The notes under the pieces are model-generated. The model saw only the letters and a program-made list of their open reading frames with translations. It did no database searches and was not told the origin of the DNA. DNA of 64,000 nucleotides. Origin: Microcoleus sp. Its GTDB lineage: Bacteria; Cyanobacteriota; Cyanobacteriia; Cyanobacteriales; Microcoleaceae. The position numbers and the translations under genes are program-made. The stretch covers positions 4,928,001 through 4,992,000 of the forward strand of contig CP181291.1 in assembly GCA_052279835.1 (NCBI GenBank), given 5' to 3'. Below, piece by piece: positions 1 through 8,844 of the stretch. Each line of letters opens with the position of its first letter. Position 1 is the stretch's first letter.

Positions 1-1188
1 GGTTTCTGGCTTGACTGCTGTTGGTTCGTAGGTGCTGCGATAGATTAAGATATCTTCAATTTGCTTTTTGAACTTGTCATCGTTGAGTGCTCCGAACTTG
101 ACAAAAGTGCCGATATCTTGCCAGCAACGGATGTACTCGTTGCGATCGTCCCGGTAAAGTTCCTTTAGGCGATCGCCCACTTTTTTGGCGATATAATCAG
201 CTATTCTCCGCACCGTGCGATTGCTTTGCAGCGAACTGCGAGACACGTTCAGCGGAATGTCGGTGCTGTCAATGACTCCCCGCAGTGGCATCAAGAATTT
301 CGGAATAATTTCTTCGCAATGATCGCTGACAAAAACCTGATTGCAGAACAGCTTAATGTTGCCTTGGGTGACATCGACATCTGGGCGCAATTTGGGAAAG
401 TAAAGAATGCCGTTGACAATAAAAGGATAATCGGTATTCAGGTGTACCCACAGCAGTGGCTCTTCTTGGAACGGATAAAGGTGGCGGTATAGTTCTAAGT
501 AGTCTTCTTTTTGCAAATTGCTGGCTGATTCCCGCCAAATTGCCTTGTGTTTGTTGAGTTCCTCTCCCTCAAATTTGATGGGAACTGGCATGAAATCGCA
601 GTAGGTTTTGATTAACTGCTTAATGCGGCTTGGTTCTAAATATTCTTGTTCTTCTTCTTGGAGAGTGAGGGTAATTGTAGTGCCGCGTTGGGTGCGGGTA
701 GATTCTGATAGTTCAAAAGCGGGTGAACCGTCGCAGGACCAGTGTACGGCTTGCGCGCCTTCTTGATAAGAAAGGGTTTCGATATCTACTTTTTGAGCGA
801 CCATGAAAGAAGAGTAGAAGCCGAGGCCGAAGTGACCGATAATTGCGTCGTCGCCACTGCCTTGATATTTTTGAATAAATTCTTCAGCGCTGGAAAAAGC
901 GACTTGGTTAATGTATTTTCTAACTTCATCGGCTGTCATGCCGATGCCGTTGTCGGTGATGGAGAGTGTTTTGTTTTCTTTGTCGATCGCAAGGGTGATT
1001 TCTGGTTCGCCAATGTCGCCGCTGTATTCGCCGGAACGGGAAACCATTTTGAGTTTAGCAATTGCATCTACGCCGTTAGAAATTAGTTCCCGCAAGAAGA
1101 CTTCGTGGTCAGTGTATAGCGACTTCTTGATAATCGGGAAAATATTTTCGGTATGGATTGAGATTGTTCCCTGTTCTAAAACTGTCAT
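1..1188 (-). CDS. htpG: Molecular chaperone HtpG (Hsp90), 5' part; runs off the window's left edge
   Basis: Not in the ORF track. Manual reverse translation from ATG at 1188 gives MTVLEQGTISIHTENIFPIIKKSLYTDHEVFLRELISNGVDAI...DNGIGMT...IGHFGLGFYSSFMVA, with the GHKL/Hsp90 motifs. Confidence 0.95.
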   Translation of the reverse strand, partial: MTVLEQGTISIHTENIFPIIKKSLYTDHEVFLRELISNGVDAIAKLKMVSRSGEYSGDIGEPEITLAIDKENKTLSITDNGIGMTADEVRKYINQVAFSSAEEFIQKYQGSGDDAIIGHFGLGFYSSFMVAQKVDIETLSYQEGAQAVHWSCDGSPAFELSESTRTQRGTTITLTLQEEEQEYLEPSRIKQLIKTYCDFMPVPIKFEGEELNKHKAIWRESASNLQKEDYLELYRHLYPFQEEPLLWVHLNTDYPFIVNGILYFPKLRPDVDVTQGNIKLFCNQVFVSDHCEEIIPKFLMPLRGVIDSTDIPLNVSRSSLQSNRTVRRIADYIAKKVGDRLKELYRDDRNEYIRCWQDIGTFVKFGALNDDKFKKQIEDILIYRSTYEPTAVKPET

Positions 1189-1213
1189 AATTTTACGTTA
1201 GGTAGTTGTAAGG

Positions 1214-1365
1214 AGTCAGTAGTCATTAGTCATTAGTCATTAGTCATTAGTCATTAGTTATTAGTTGCTATGTCCAACAAATAACAAACAACAAGTAACA
1301 AATAACAACTGCTTTCGGAGTCAACTGTCAACTGTCAACTGTCAACTGTCAACTGACTAATGACT
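1214..1365. repeat. Short tandem heptamer repeats (STRR-type: TCATTAG n, AACTGTC n)
   Basis: Directly visible tandem heptamers upstream of htpG. Confidence 0.9.
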
Positions 1366-1448
1366 ATTTATTGATTTTGGGCGATCGCGCTACATTTTGC
1401 CAAAGGGATTACCACAAAAAAATGATTCGGTTTCCCCCACATGATAGC

Positions 1449-2780
1449 TCACAGCGGCAGCCGTAGCAGGAAAGTGGTGCCGCGCCCCAAGTCGCTGCGG
1501 GCGGTGAGGCTACCGCGATGGGCGCGGGCTATGGTTTGGGCGATCGCCAATCCCAATCCCGAACCGCCGGTATGGCGCGATCGATCGCTATTTACTCGGT
1601 AGAAGCGATCGAAAATTCGCCCTTGTTCAGTCGTCCCAATCCCAATCCCGGTATCCTGCACCTGAATTATCGCCTCAGTGTGAGTGCAATCTACAATAAC
1701 TGTTACTTTTCCCCCAGCCGGAGTGTATTGAATCCCATTCACAATTAAATTAGCAACGAGGCGATAAAGTTGGTCGGAATCGCCGAGAACATTTAATTGC
1801 TGCTGTACGCGCAATTCGGATGTTAGGGCTACCCCGCTAGCGATCGCCATGGCGGCTAATTCCTCCACCAAATCGTTCACCAAGTCATTTAAACAACACC
1901 ATTGAGGGCGAGGAGGTATGGGTTGATTATCCATGCGGGCCAGCAACAACAAATCGGCAACTAACTGAGTCAATCGTCGGTTTTGGCGATCGATCGTCCG
2001 CAAAATTTCCCGCGCGTCTTTTTCATCCAATTGAGGCATCAACAGCGCCGATTCAACTGTAGCCTGAGAAGCAGCTAAAGGCGTGCGTAATTCGTGGGCA
2101 GCATCCGCTGTAAACTGTTGAATTTGTCGGTAAGAAGCATAAATCGGTTTCATGGCCAATCCTGCCAACAACCAACTAGAAAAACCCACCAAAATTAATG
2201 CTGTCGGTAATCCTAATTTTAAAACTAATTTCACTGTATTGAGATATTCATTGAAGTCTTGCAGACTGCGACCCAATTGAAAATATCCCCAATCTTCATG
2301 TTGCTTTGTATGTAAAAATATAGAAACTTGGTGATAAATATTCCCTTGCCTATCAGTAATGGTTTGCCAATATTGAGAATTAAATTCTGGGGGTAATTCA
2401 TCAGGAACTGCCCCGGCTGTAGCAATCAATTTCCCGGAAGCATCAAATAAACGAATATAGTAATAGCCTTGGTTGATAGCGCTTAAAATATGGCGAGGGC
2501 GAATTGGTTGTTTAATGCCGTTAATTCCAATTACGCGGAGGTTAGGCAAAAGTTCATTTACGATGGGTTCCAACCGTCCTGGCTGCTGCAATTTGAGTTC
2601 TAGACTGTCGTGCAGCGTCCCGGCTACCGATTCTAATTCGCGATCTATGGCTACCCAATGAGCGTGGGCGATCGCCTTATATACCCCAAATCCCAACAAG
2701 CTTAAAATCAAACCCATGACGGCGGCATAGGAAATGGCTAATTGCGATCGAGTTCGATTAAATAGTTTATTTTGATTCAT
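1449..2780 (-). CDS. Sensor histidine kinase, RppB/NrsS-like (metal-responsive)
   Basis: Two TM segments, H-box FTADAAHELRTP, N-box NLIVNGIQY, G-boxes DTGIGI and GGSGLGL; paired with the adjacent response regulator in a metal efflux cluster. Confidence 0.9.
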   Translation of the reverse strand: MNQNKLFNRTRSQLAISYAAVMGLILSLLGFGVYKAIAHAHWVAIDRELESVAGTLHDSLELKLQQPGRLEPIVNELLPNLRVIGINGIKQPIRPRHILSAINQGYYYIRLFDASGKLIATAGAVPDELPPEFNSQYWQTITDRQGNIYHQVSIFLHTKQHEDWGYFQLGRSLQDFNEYLNTVKLVLKLGLPTALILVGFSSWLLAGLAMKPIYASYRQIQQFTADAAHELRTPLAASQATVESALLMPQLDEKDAREILRTIDRQNRRLTQLVADLLLLARMDNQPIPPRPQWCCLNDLVNDLVEELAAMAIASGVALTSELRVQQQLNVLGDSDQLYRLVANLIVNGIQYTPAGGKVTVIVDCTHTEAIIQVQDTGIGIGTTEQGRIFDRFYRVNSDRSRHTGGSGLGLAIAQTIARAHRGSLTARSDLGRGTTFLLRLPL

Positions 2781-2934
2781 TTTTCATAACGACAAGTGAC
2801 CCGGAGATCCCCCCTAACCCCCCTTAACAAGGGGGGGACAAGAAGTATTCTTTTCTTAGTCCGCTTGGAGTGGACATTGTTTGTGTAGACGCGGTTTCAA
2901 CCGCCGAGTCTAAAAGGAATTTTAAACGCGGACT

Positions 2935-3624
2935 TTAATTTCTCATCCGGTAGCCAACACCATGTACAGTTTCAATTAAGTTCGCGCAGCCTGCTGATTC
3001 CAGTTTGCGCCGCAGCAAGCGCACTTGAGCCGCTACCACATTGCTAAAAGTATCTGCACTAACTTCCCATAGCTGATTCCGAATTTGTTCTGTGGTGACA
3101 ATTTGGTTGGGATGTTTCATGAAGTATTCTAGTAATTGAAATTCTTTGTTTGTCAAGAAAATGCTCTGATTTTTGCCCCCGCCATCCAGCCGAAAAACTG
3201 TGCGATTTCCGCAGTCTAAAATGAGATTTCTTACTTCTAATTGTTGCGGCTGAATTTGGGGCGATCGCCTTTGCAAAGCCCGCAATCTTGCTAACAGTTC
3301 CGCCATCCCAAAGGGTTTAACTAAATAATCGTCAGCCCCGGCATCTAGTCCCGCTACTTTATCTTCCATCCGGTCTTTTGCTGTGAGCATTAATACTGGC
3401 AGAGCGCTATTTTTCCCACGCAATCTACGCAGCAGTTCTAATCCTGACAATCCTGGGAGCAACCAGTCAAAAATAGCCAGGGTATATTCCATCCACTGAT
3501 TTTCCAGATAACCCCAAGCTTCTTGGCCATCCTGGGCCCAGTCCACTATATATCTTTCCTGCTTCAAAGTGCGATCGATCGCCTTCCCTAAATCTGGCTC
3601 ATCTTCAACTAGCAAAACTCTCAT
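2935..3624 (-). CDS. OmpR-family response regulator, RppA/NrsR-like
   Basis: Receiver domain (LLVEDE, DWLLPG, GADDYLVKPF) plus winged-helix C-terminus (IETVHGVGY). Confidence 0.92.
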   Translation of the reverse strand: MRVLLVEDEPDLGKAIDRTLKQERYIVDWAQDGQEAWGYLENQWMEYTLAIFDWLLPGLSGLELLRRLRGKNSALPVLMLTAKDRMEDKVAGLDAGADDYLVKPFGMAELLARLRALQRRSPQIQPQQLEVRNLILDCGNRTVFRLDGGGKNQSIFLTNKEFQLLEYFMKHPNQIVTTEQIRNQLWEVSADTFSNVVAAQVRLLRRKLESAGCANLIETVHGVGYRMRN

Positions 3625-3696
3625 AACTCTAATTTACACAAAAATATGGTAAAAAACAGGCTTGAGAGCCTGTTACACAGTAATTATGGGAGATGT

Positions 3697-4203
3697 TTAT
3701 TGATTAAAAGTAAAACGACCGTCTACTTTTTTTCCGTTAACATCCGCCGTCACCTTGAGTGGATAACTGCCGGGATTTTTGCCTGGAAAAACAACAGCAT
3801 AATGTTTGCCATCAGGATCGTATTTGAGGGTTAGGGTTTGCTGTTTTCCATTTGGTAATTGCACTTGAGCTGACACTTTTGCATTGGGAATTGGTTCGTG
3901 GTTATCACCTTTTTGCAAATAAAGATCTAAGTGAGTTCCGGTAGCTTCTTTTTGAGTTAAAAGTTCTAAGTGGTAAGCTCCAGACTCGACAACTTGACCC
4001 CCTTTAGATGCTTGAGGATGGTTTGTTGTCGCACTACCCGCAGGAGGAGCAGCCTTGGGAGCTGAAGACGCAGGTGCAGAGGCTACAGGAGGGGGTGTTT
4101 GGCTGCTATTGGGAGCGCTGGCTTCGTCGCCTTTACTGCAAGCTCCTACAAACAACAATCCGACACTGCCTAGAATAACTAAGTTTGATTTGAGCGCTTT
4201 CAT
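3697..4203 (-). CDS. Putative periplasmic lipoprotein associated with metal efflux (His-containing beta domain)
   Basis: Likely start MKALKSNL at 4203; lipobox-like FVGAC; P/A/S linker; GGQVVESGAYHLEL...HLDLYL domain. Confidence 0.7.
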   Translation of the reverse strand: MKALKSNLVILGSVGLLFVGACSKGDEASAPNSSQTPPPVASAPASSAPKAAPPAGSATTNHPQASKGGQVVESGAYHLELLTQKEATGTHLDLYLQKGDNHEPIPNAKVSAQVQLPNGKQQTLTLKYDPDGKHYAVVFPGKNPGSYPLKVTADVNGKKVDGRFTFNQ

Positions 4204-4337
4204 TTGATTTAATGTTTGCGTACTATGGTTATAGATTAGCACGCACAACAATGAAATTATCAGGACTTACACTATCGCTCTACCTATAGCGTTACTAGAA
4301 AACAATTTACTGTTCCCTAAATATTAGCCAAGCAATC

Positions 4338-5021
4338 CTAGACTTGTCTGGTTTGCAACTTCAGCATTGTGATGCAGAGCATCAGCCAAATATAGCCAAG
4401 TCCGTAACCAGCAATTATATCTGTAGGCCAGTGTACTCCTATATATACCCGACTCAGGCCAATAATGGCGATCGCCAAAACAGCTAGAGTATAAATCGGT
4501 TTAGAAAACTTGGGAAAGTGACTAGAAAGCAGGTAAGCTAGAAACCCATACATCACAAAACCTCCTAAAGCGTGACCGCTAGGAAAACTAAAAGATGTTT
4601 CAGCAATTAAACTGTGAAAAATATGGGGGCGAGGTTTAGCAAAAAATAACTTCATGCCGCTATTCAGAATCAAGGCTCCCAAACAAGCAATCGCAAAAAT
4701 TTTAGCTTCGGAACGATGATTGTGCCACCACAGAATGCCCAACGTGACCGCCACAATCACTACTACTACACTGGCATCAGCAAGCTGAGTAACTGTCAGC
4801 ATCACAGCATCTAGACTCGGATTGGCATATCTGTGTACCCAGTACAGCCAAGCAGTATCAAAGCCAAAAGCTTCATGTTTTAATACTTCTTCAAACAACC
4901 ACGCTAAAACTAAACTAATCGACAGACAACTGGCAAGTCCAACTACACCAATTGTCACGATTAAAGTGGTGATGTGAGGGTTGATATGCTGCAACCAAAA
5001 GTAATAAGACTTACGTAACAT
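4338..5021 (-). CDS. PAP2-family membrane phosphatase
   Basis: Motifs KxxxxxPRP, SFPSGH and SRVYIGVHWPTD. Confidence 0.9.
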   Translation of the reverse strand: MLRKSYYFWLQHINPHITTLIVTIGVVGLASCLSISLVLAWLFEEVLKHEAFGFDTAWLYWVHRYANPSLDAVMLTVTQLADASVVVVIVAVTLGILWWHNHRSEAKIFAIACLGALILNSGMKLFFAKPRPHIFHSLIAETSFSFPSGHALGGFVMYGFLAYLLSSHFPKFSKPIYTLAVLAIAIIGLSRVYIGVHWPTDIIAGYGLGYIWLMLCITMLKLQTRQV

Positions 5022-5150
5022 AATTGATTTTTATCAAGCAACTTTAAACAATCTATCCTCGCTCAAATACTTTGTCAAGTATTGGCGATTTTCACAACAA
5101 CTACCCAATCTCATTAGGGTAAATTTCTAGCACTTAAACTAGACTGTGTT

Positions 5151-8100
5151 TTAATGATAATTAATCGGTTTTAATAAATGTTCACTGAATTGAACATACA
5201 AAGCTGGTAAAACTAACAGAGTCAGTGCTGTAGAAGTAAACAATCCTCCTAAAACTACTACAGATAGCGGTTGCAGAATTTCCTTGCCCGCCCCACCTTC
5301 TAAAACTAAAGGTGCTAAACCTAAAGCTGAAGTGGCAGCCGTCATCAAAATAGCATTGAGCCGTTCCATCGAGCCTTTAATAATTGCTTCATTAAAAGGC
5401 ATTCCTTCCGCAAATTTAGTATTGTAGTTGTCTACTAATAACAAGCCGTTGCGAGTAGCAACGCCAAATAAAGTGACAAAACCAACTAAAGAAGCTACAG
5501 AGATGATGCCCCCAGTTAAAGCTACCGAAATTACACCTCCCACTAATCCGATCGGCAAATTAATCATAATCATAGCAGTGGAAGGAATCGACTTGACGGA
5601 AAGGTACATTAATACTGTAATGACCACAAAGGCGATCGCACTAAATACCATAATGTTTTGCGAAGCTCTTTGCTCAGCTTCAAATTGACCACCATATTGG
5701 ATAAAATAGCCAAAAGGCAACTGTACTTCTCGTTTAACTTTAGCTTGAATTTCATTCACAACCGATCGCAAATCTCGACCTTTCGCATTTGCCGCCACCA
5801 CAATTAACCGAGAAACATTCTCGCGGTTAATCGTATTTGGGCCCGTACCGTATTTAACAGTCGCAACTTGGGCGAGGGGAATTTTACCACCCCTTTCATC
5901 CCCCCCTTTATAAGGGGAAAGAGGGGTTTCATCCCCCCCTTTATAAGGGGGGGAAAGAGGGGGGGTATCCACCAACAAATTTTCAATAGTTTCTAAGTTA
6001 TTTCTGGATTCTGGCTGCAACCAGACAACTAAATCAAAAGTTTGCTGCAATTCCAACACCTGAGAGACAACTTTGCCATTCAAAGCTGTCTCAATTATTT
6101 CAGAAAGTTCTCCCACTTTCAAACCGTATCTCCCCGCCGCTTGGCGGTTAAACTTAATTTGAATTTGCTGCACCGGCACTTGCGGTTCCAGTTGCAAGTC
6201 TACAATTCCTGCAACAGTTTTCATTTGCTCTTCAACTTCAGCGCCGATGGTGCGAAGCTGATTCAAATCCGGGCCAAAAATTTTCACAGCAATTTGACTC
6301 CTGACACCGGATAAAACCTCATCCATTCTGTGAGAAATAAAACCGCCGATATTTGGTGCAACTCCCGGTAATTTCCCAAATTCCTGCCGCAATGATTCCA
6401 AAGTTTTCGGCCGATTTTTCATTCCTTCTTCGCTCAAACCGATATCAATGTGAGCTAAATTGACACCCGCAGCATCAGCATCACCGGGAGCTCTGCCCGA
6501 TCGCACTTGCACGTAAGCAAACCTGGTATCATCCTTAAGAGCCTCTTCCATCGCAAAAGCCGCACTATTTGTCGCCTCCAAAGACACCCCAGGATACAGT
6601 AGAATCGTATTCACCAAAGTTTGCTCCTGAAACTCCGGCAAAAACACTCGTCCAAAAGAAGGTAAAATAATTAAGGTCGCCACCATGCTCGCAGCAGCTA
6701 GAGTCAAAATAATCGCCGAATAGCGCATTGACAATTTTATAAAAAAATGATATATCTTTTTGCAAAATCTCGGCAACCAAGGTTCCGCAGCACTCATGTT
6801 TTTGTTAGGCAATAAAATAGCGCAAAGTGCCGGAGATATGAACAGCGATTCCAGACTAGAAATCACAACAACTACCAGATAAGTAATCCCCATCGGCGTA
6901 AAAATTCGACCTTCTACACCGGGCAAAGTAAAAATTGGCGAAAACACCACAATGCCAATAACCGTCGCTCCAATTAACGAATCGCGCACCTCCTGAGAGC
7001 CATCAAAAATCACATCCATCACCGGGCGCGGATGATGAGAAGCCGTGTTTTCTCTCAAGTTGCGGTAGGTATTTTCGGCATAGACGATCGCATCATCGAT
7101 CGCAGTGCCGATCGCCACCGACAACCCACCCAAAGTCATCGTATTCAATCCCAGCCCCAGCCAATACATTGCCAGCAGCCCCAAAAGCCAAGTTAGGAAG
7201 AAATCGAGCAAAACCACCGTCAGAGTCCGCCAATTCATCAAAAACGGGATCAGGATGATGGTAACAATGATGCTGCCTTCCACTAAAGCCGATCGCACAT
7301 TTTCCACCGAAGAATTGATATATTCTTCCTGCCGGAAAGTGACAGTAACTTTAATATCTTTGGGCAAAGCTTGCTGCACCTGAGCCATTGCCGCTTCCAC
7401 AGCTTGAGTTACCGTGGGAGTATCAGCGATCGGCTGTCTGTTTACCATCACAATCACAGCTTTTTTGCCGTTAAAACTGCCATCGCCCCGCTTGATAGCA
7501 GCACCAATTTTGACATCAGCGACATCCCCAATTCTGACGACGCTTCCTTGGCGAGAGGCGATCGCAGATTGCTGCAAATCTGCCACCGATTCAATCCGCC
7601 CCACACCCCGAATCAAAGTTTCTTTATCCGGCGTAATCAAATAGCCACCGGGCGCGTTAACATTCGCAGCCGCCACAGCTTCCGATACTTGCTGCAACGA
7701 AACATTAAAAGCTTTCAATTTTGCCGGATTAACTAATACTTGATACTGCCTTTCTTCGCCGCCATAAGCTACCACTTGAGCAACACCAGTCACTGCTAAT
7801 AGGCGATTGGTAACTTGCCAATCAACCAGACGGCGCACTTCCATTAAAGAAGTAGTTTCTGATGTAAAAGCATAGGTAATCACAGTGCCTACCGGAGAAG
7901 TTGTCGGAGAAATTTGTGGCGTTTCTACTCCGGCGGGAAGCTTGCTTTCAGCTTGCTGCAACCTTTCTGTAATCAACTGCCGCGCTTGATAAATTTCGGT
8001 TCCCCAATCAAAGATAACTTTAACCACAGAAACACCTACAGCAGACGAAGATCGCACTGCTGTCACCCCCGGAGTGCCGTTAATCGCACTCTCGATCGGC

Positions 8101-8300
8101 AATGTTACCAAAGACTCGATTTCTTCCGGCGCTAAACCCGGTGCTTCCGTTTGGATTTCCACCTGTGGCGGTGCGAAAGGCGGGAAGACATCGAGAGGCA
8201 TTTTGGGGATGATATATACTGTCCAAAGACTAATAATAATGGTGGCGATAACGACTAGCCAGCGGCGGTTGATTACCCATCTGAGAATAGTGCTGAACAT
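5151..8300 (-). CDS. Heavy-metal efflux RND permease, CusA/CzcA family
   Basis: 1049 aa; LDVFP...PQVEIQTEAPGLAPEEIE, AIGTAIDDAIV, ERLNAILMTA motifs; carries an in-frame repeat insertion at ~5890-5966. Confidence 0.93.
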   Translation of the reverse strand: MFSTILRWVINRRWLVVIATIIISLWTVYIIPKMPLDVFPPFAPPQVEIQTEAPGLAPEEIESLVTLPIESAINGTPGVTAVRSSSAVGVSVVKVIFDWGTEIYQARQLITERLQQAESKLPAGVETPQISPTTSPVGTVITYAFTSETTSLMEVRRLVDWQVTNRLLAVTGVAQVVAYGGEERQYQVLVNPAKLKAFNVSLQQVSEAVAAANVNAPGGYLITPDKETLIRGVGRIESVADLQQSAIASRQGSVVRIGDVADVKIGAAIKRGDGSFNGKKAVIVMVNRQPIADTPTVTQAVEAAMAQVQQALPKDIKVTVTFRQEEYINSSVENVRSALVEGSIIVTIILIPFLMNWRTLTVVLLDFFLTWLLGLLAMYWLGLGLNTMTLGGLSVAIGTAIDDAIVYAENTYRNLRENTASHHPRPVMDVIFDGSQEVRDSLIGATVIGIVVFSPIFTLPGVEGRIFTPMGITYLVVVVISSLESLFISPALCAILLPNKNMSAAEPWLPRFCKKIYHFFIKLSMRYSAIILTLAAASMVATLIILPSFGRVFLPEFQEQTLVNTILLYPGVSLEATNSAAFAMEEALKDDTRFAYVQVRSGRAPGDADAAGVNLAHIDIGLSEEGMKNRPKTLESLRQEFGKLPGVAPNIGGFISHRMDEVLSGVRSQIAVKIFGPDLNQLRTIGAEVEEQMKTVAGIVDLQLEPQVPVQQIQIKFNRQAAGRYGLKVGELSEIIETALNGKVVSQVLELQQTFDLVVWLQPESRNNLETIENLLVDTPPLSPPYKGGDETPLSPYKGGDERGGKIPLAQVATVKYGTGPNTINRENVSRLIVVAANAKGRDLRSVVNEIQAKVKREVQLPFGYFIQYGGQFEAEQRASQNIMVFSAIAFVVITVLMYLSVKSIPSTAMIMINLPIGLVGGVISVALTGGIISVASLVGFVTLFGVATRNGLLLVDNYNTKFAEGMPFNEAIIKGSMERLNAILMTAATSALGLAPLVLEGGAGKEILQPLSVVVLGGLFTSTALTLLVLPALYVQFSEHLLKPINYH

Positions 8301-8308
8301 TTATATTT

Positions 8309-8385
8309 GGTAATAGGTAATAGGTAATAGGTAATTGGTAATTGGTAATTGGTAATTGGTAATTGGTAATAGGTAATTGGTAATT
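8309..8385. repeat. STRR heptamer tract (GGTAATA/GGTAATT n)
   Basis: Directly visible. Confidence 0.9.
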
Positions 8386-8513
8386 GCTCGCAGAAGAATA
8401 CTTATCTGTGTATCCGTGTTTTCCGTGTCGTGCCGTGGGTAATTGGTAATTTCAACTGGATACCTGCGCGGAACATTGTTAAATAGCTATTCAATTTAGA
8501 TTGACAGACCAAA

Positions 8514-8530
8514 ATGAAATTAGGATGAAA
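8514..8530 (-). promoter_or_regulatory. Direct-repeat operator TTTCAT-N5-TTTCAT (CopR/NrsR-type box) upstream of the RND permease
   Basis: ATGAAATTAGGATGAAA on +, identical to the copies at 10958 and 12215. Confidence 0.8.
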
Positions 8531-8617
8531 TATTTTAACTGTCCCATGCGAAATCTAAAATCTAAAATAATATAAGCTGTGTTGCTGTTTTTGACAAAGC
8601 AGCTTACAATATTTATT

Positions 8618-8812
8618 ATGAAATCACCAAAACATTACTCGCAACCCCCGATCGCTGAAGCCTTAATTGATATACAATTTAAACTTCCACCATTGGAAGA
8701 AATAGACTATAATCCTCTACAGCCAAAGCGATCGGAACGTGTAATCATGCGCTCTCAGTTCAAATGGCGTAAAAAACCTATGCCGTATCTTTTCGATGAA
8801 GAACGATCGTAA
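8618..8812 (+). pseudogene. Short ORF, probably a gene remnant (N-terminus resembles TIGR04255-type proteins)
   Basis: MKSPKHYSQPPIAEALIDIQFKLP recalls the start of that family, but the ORF is only 64 aa; recognition from memory only. Confidence 0.3.
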
Positions 8813-8844
8813 TTTAGTTATAGTTGTTAGGTTCAACATTTTTT

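Noticed and set aside
226..1201. Several + strand ORFs in the track
   Set aside because: They are antisense shadows of htpG.
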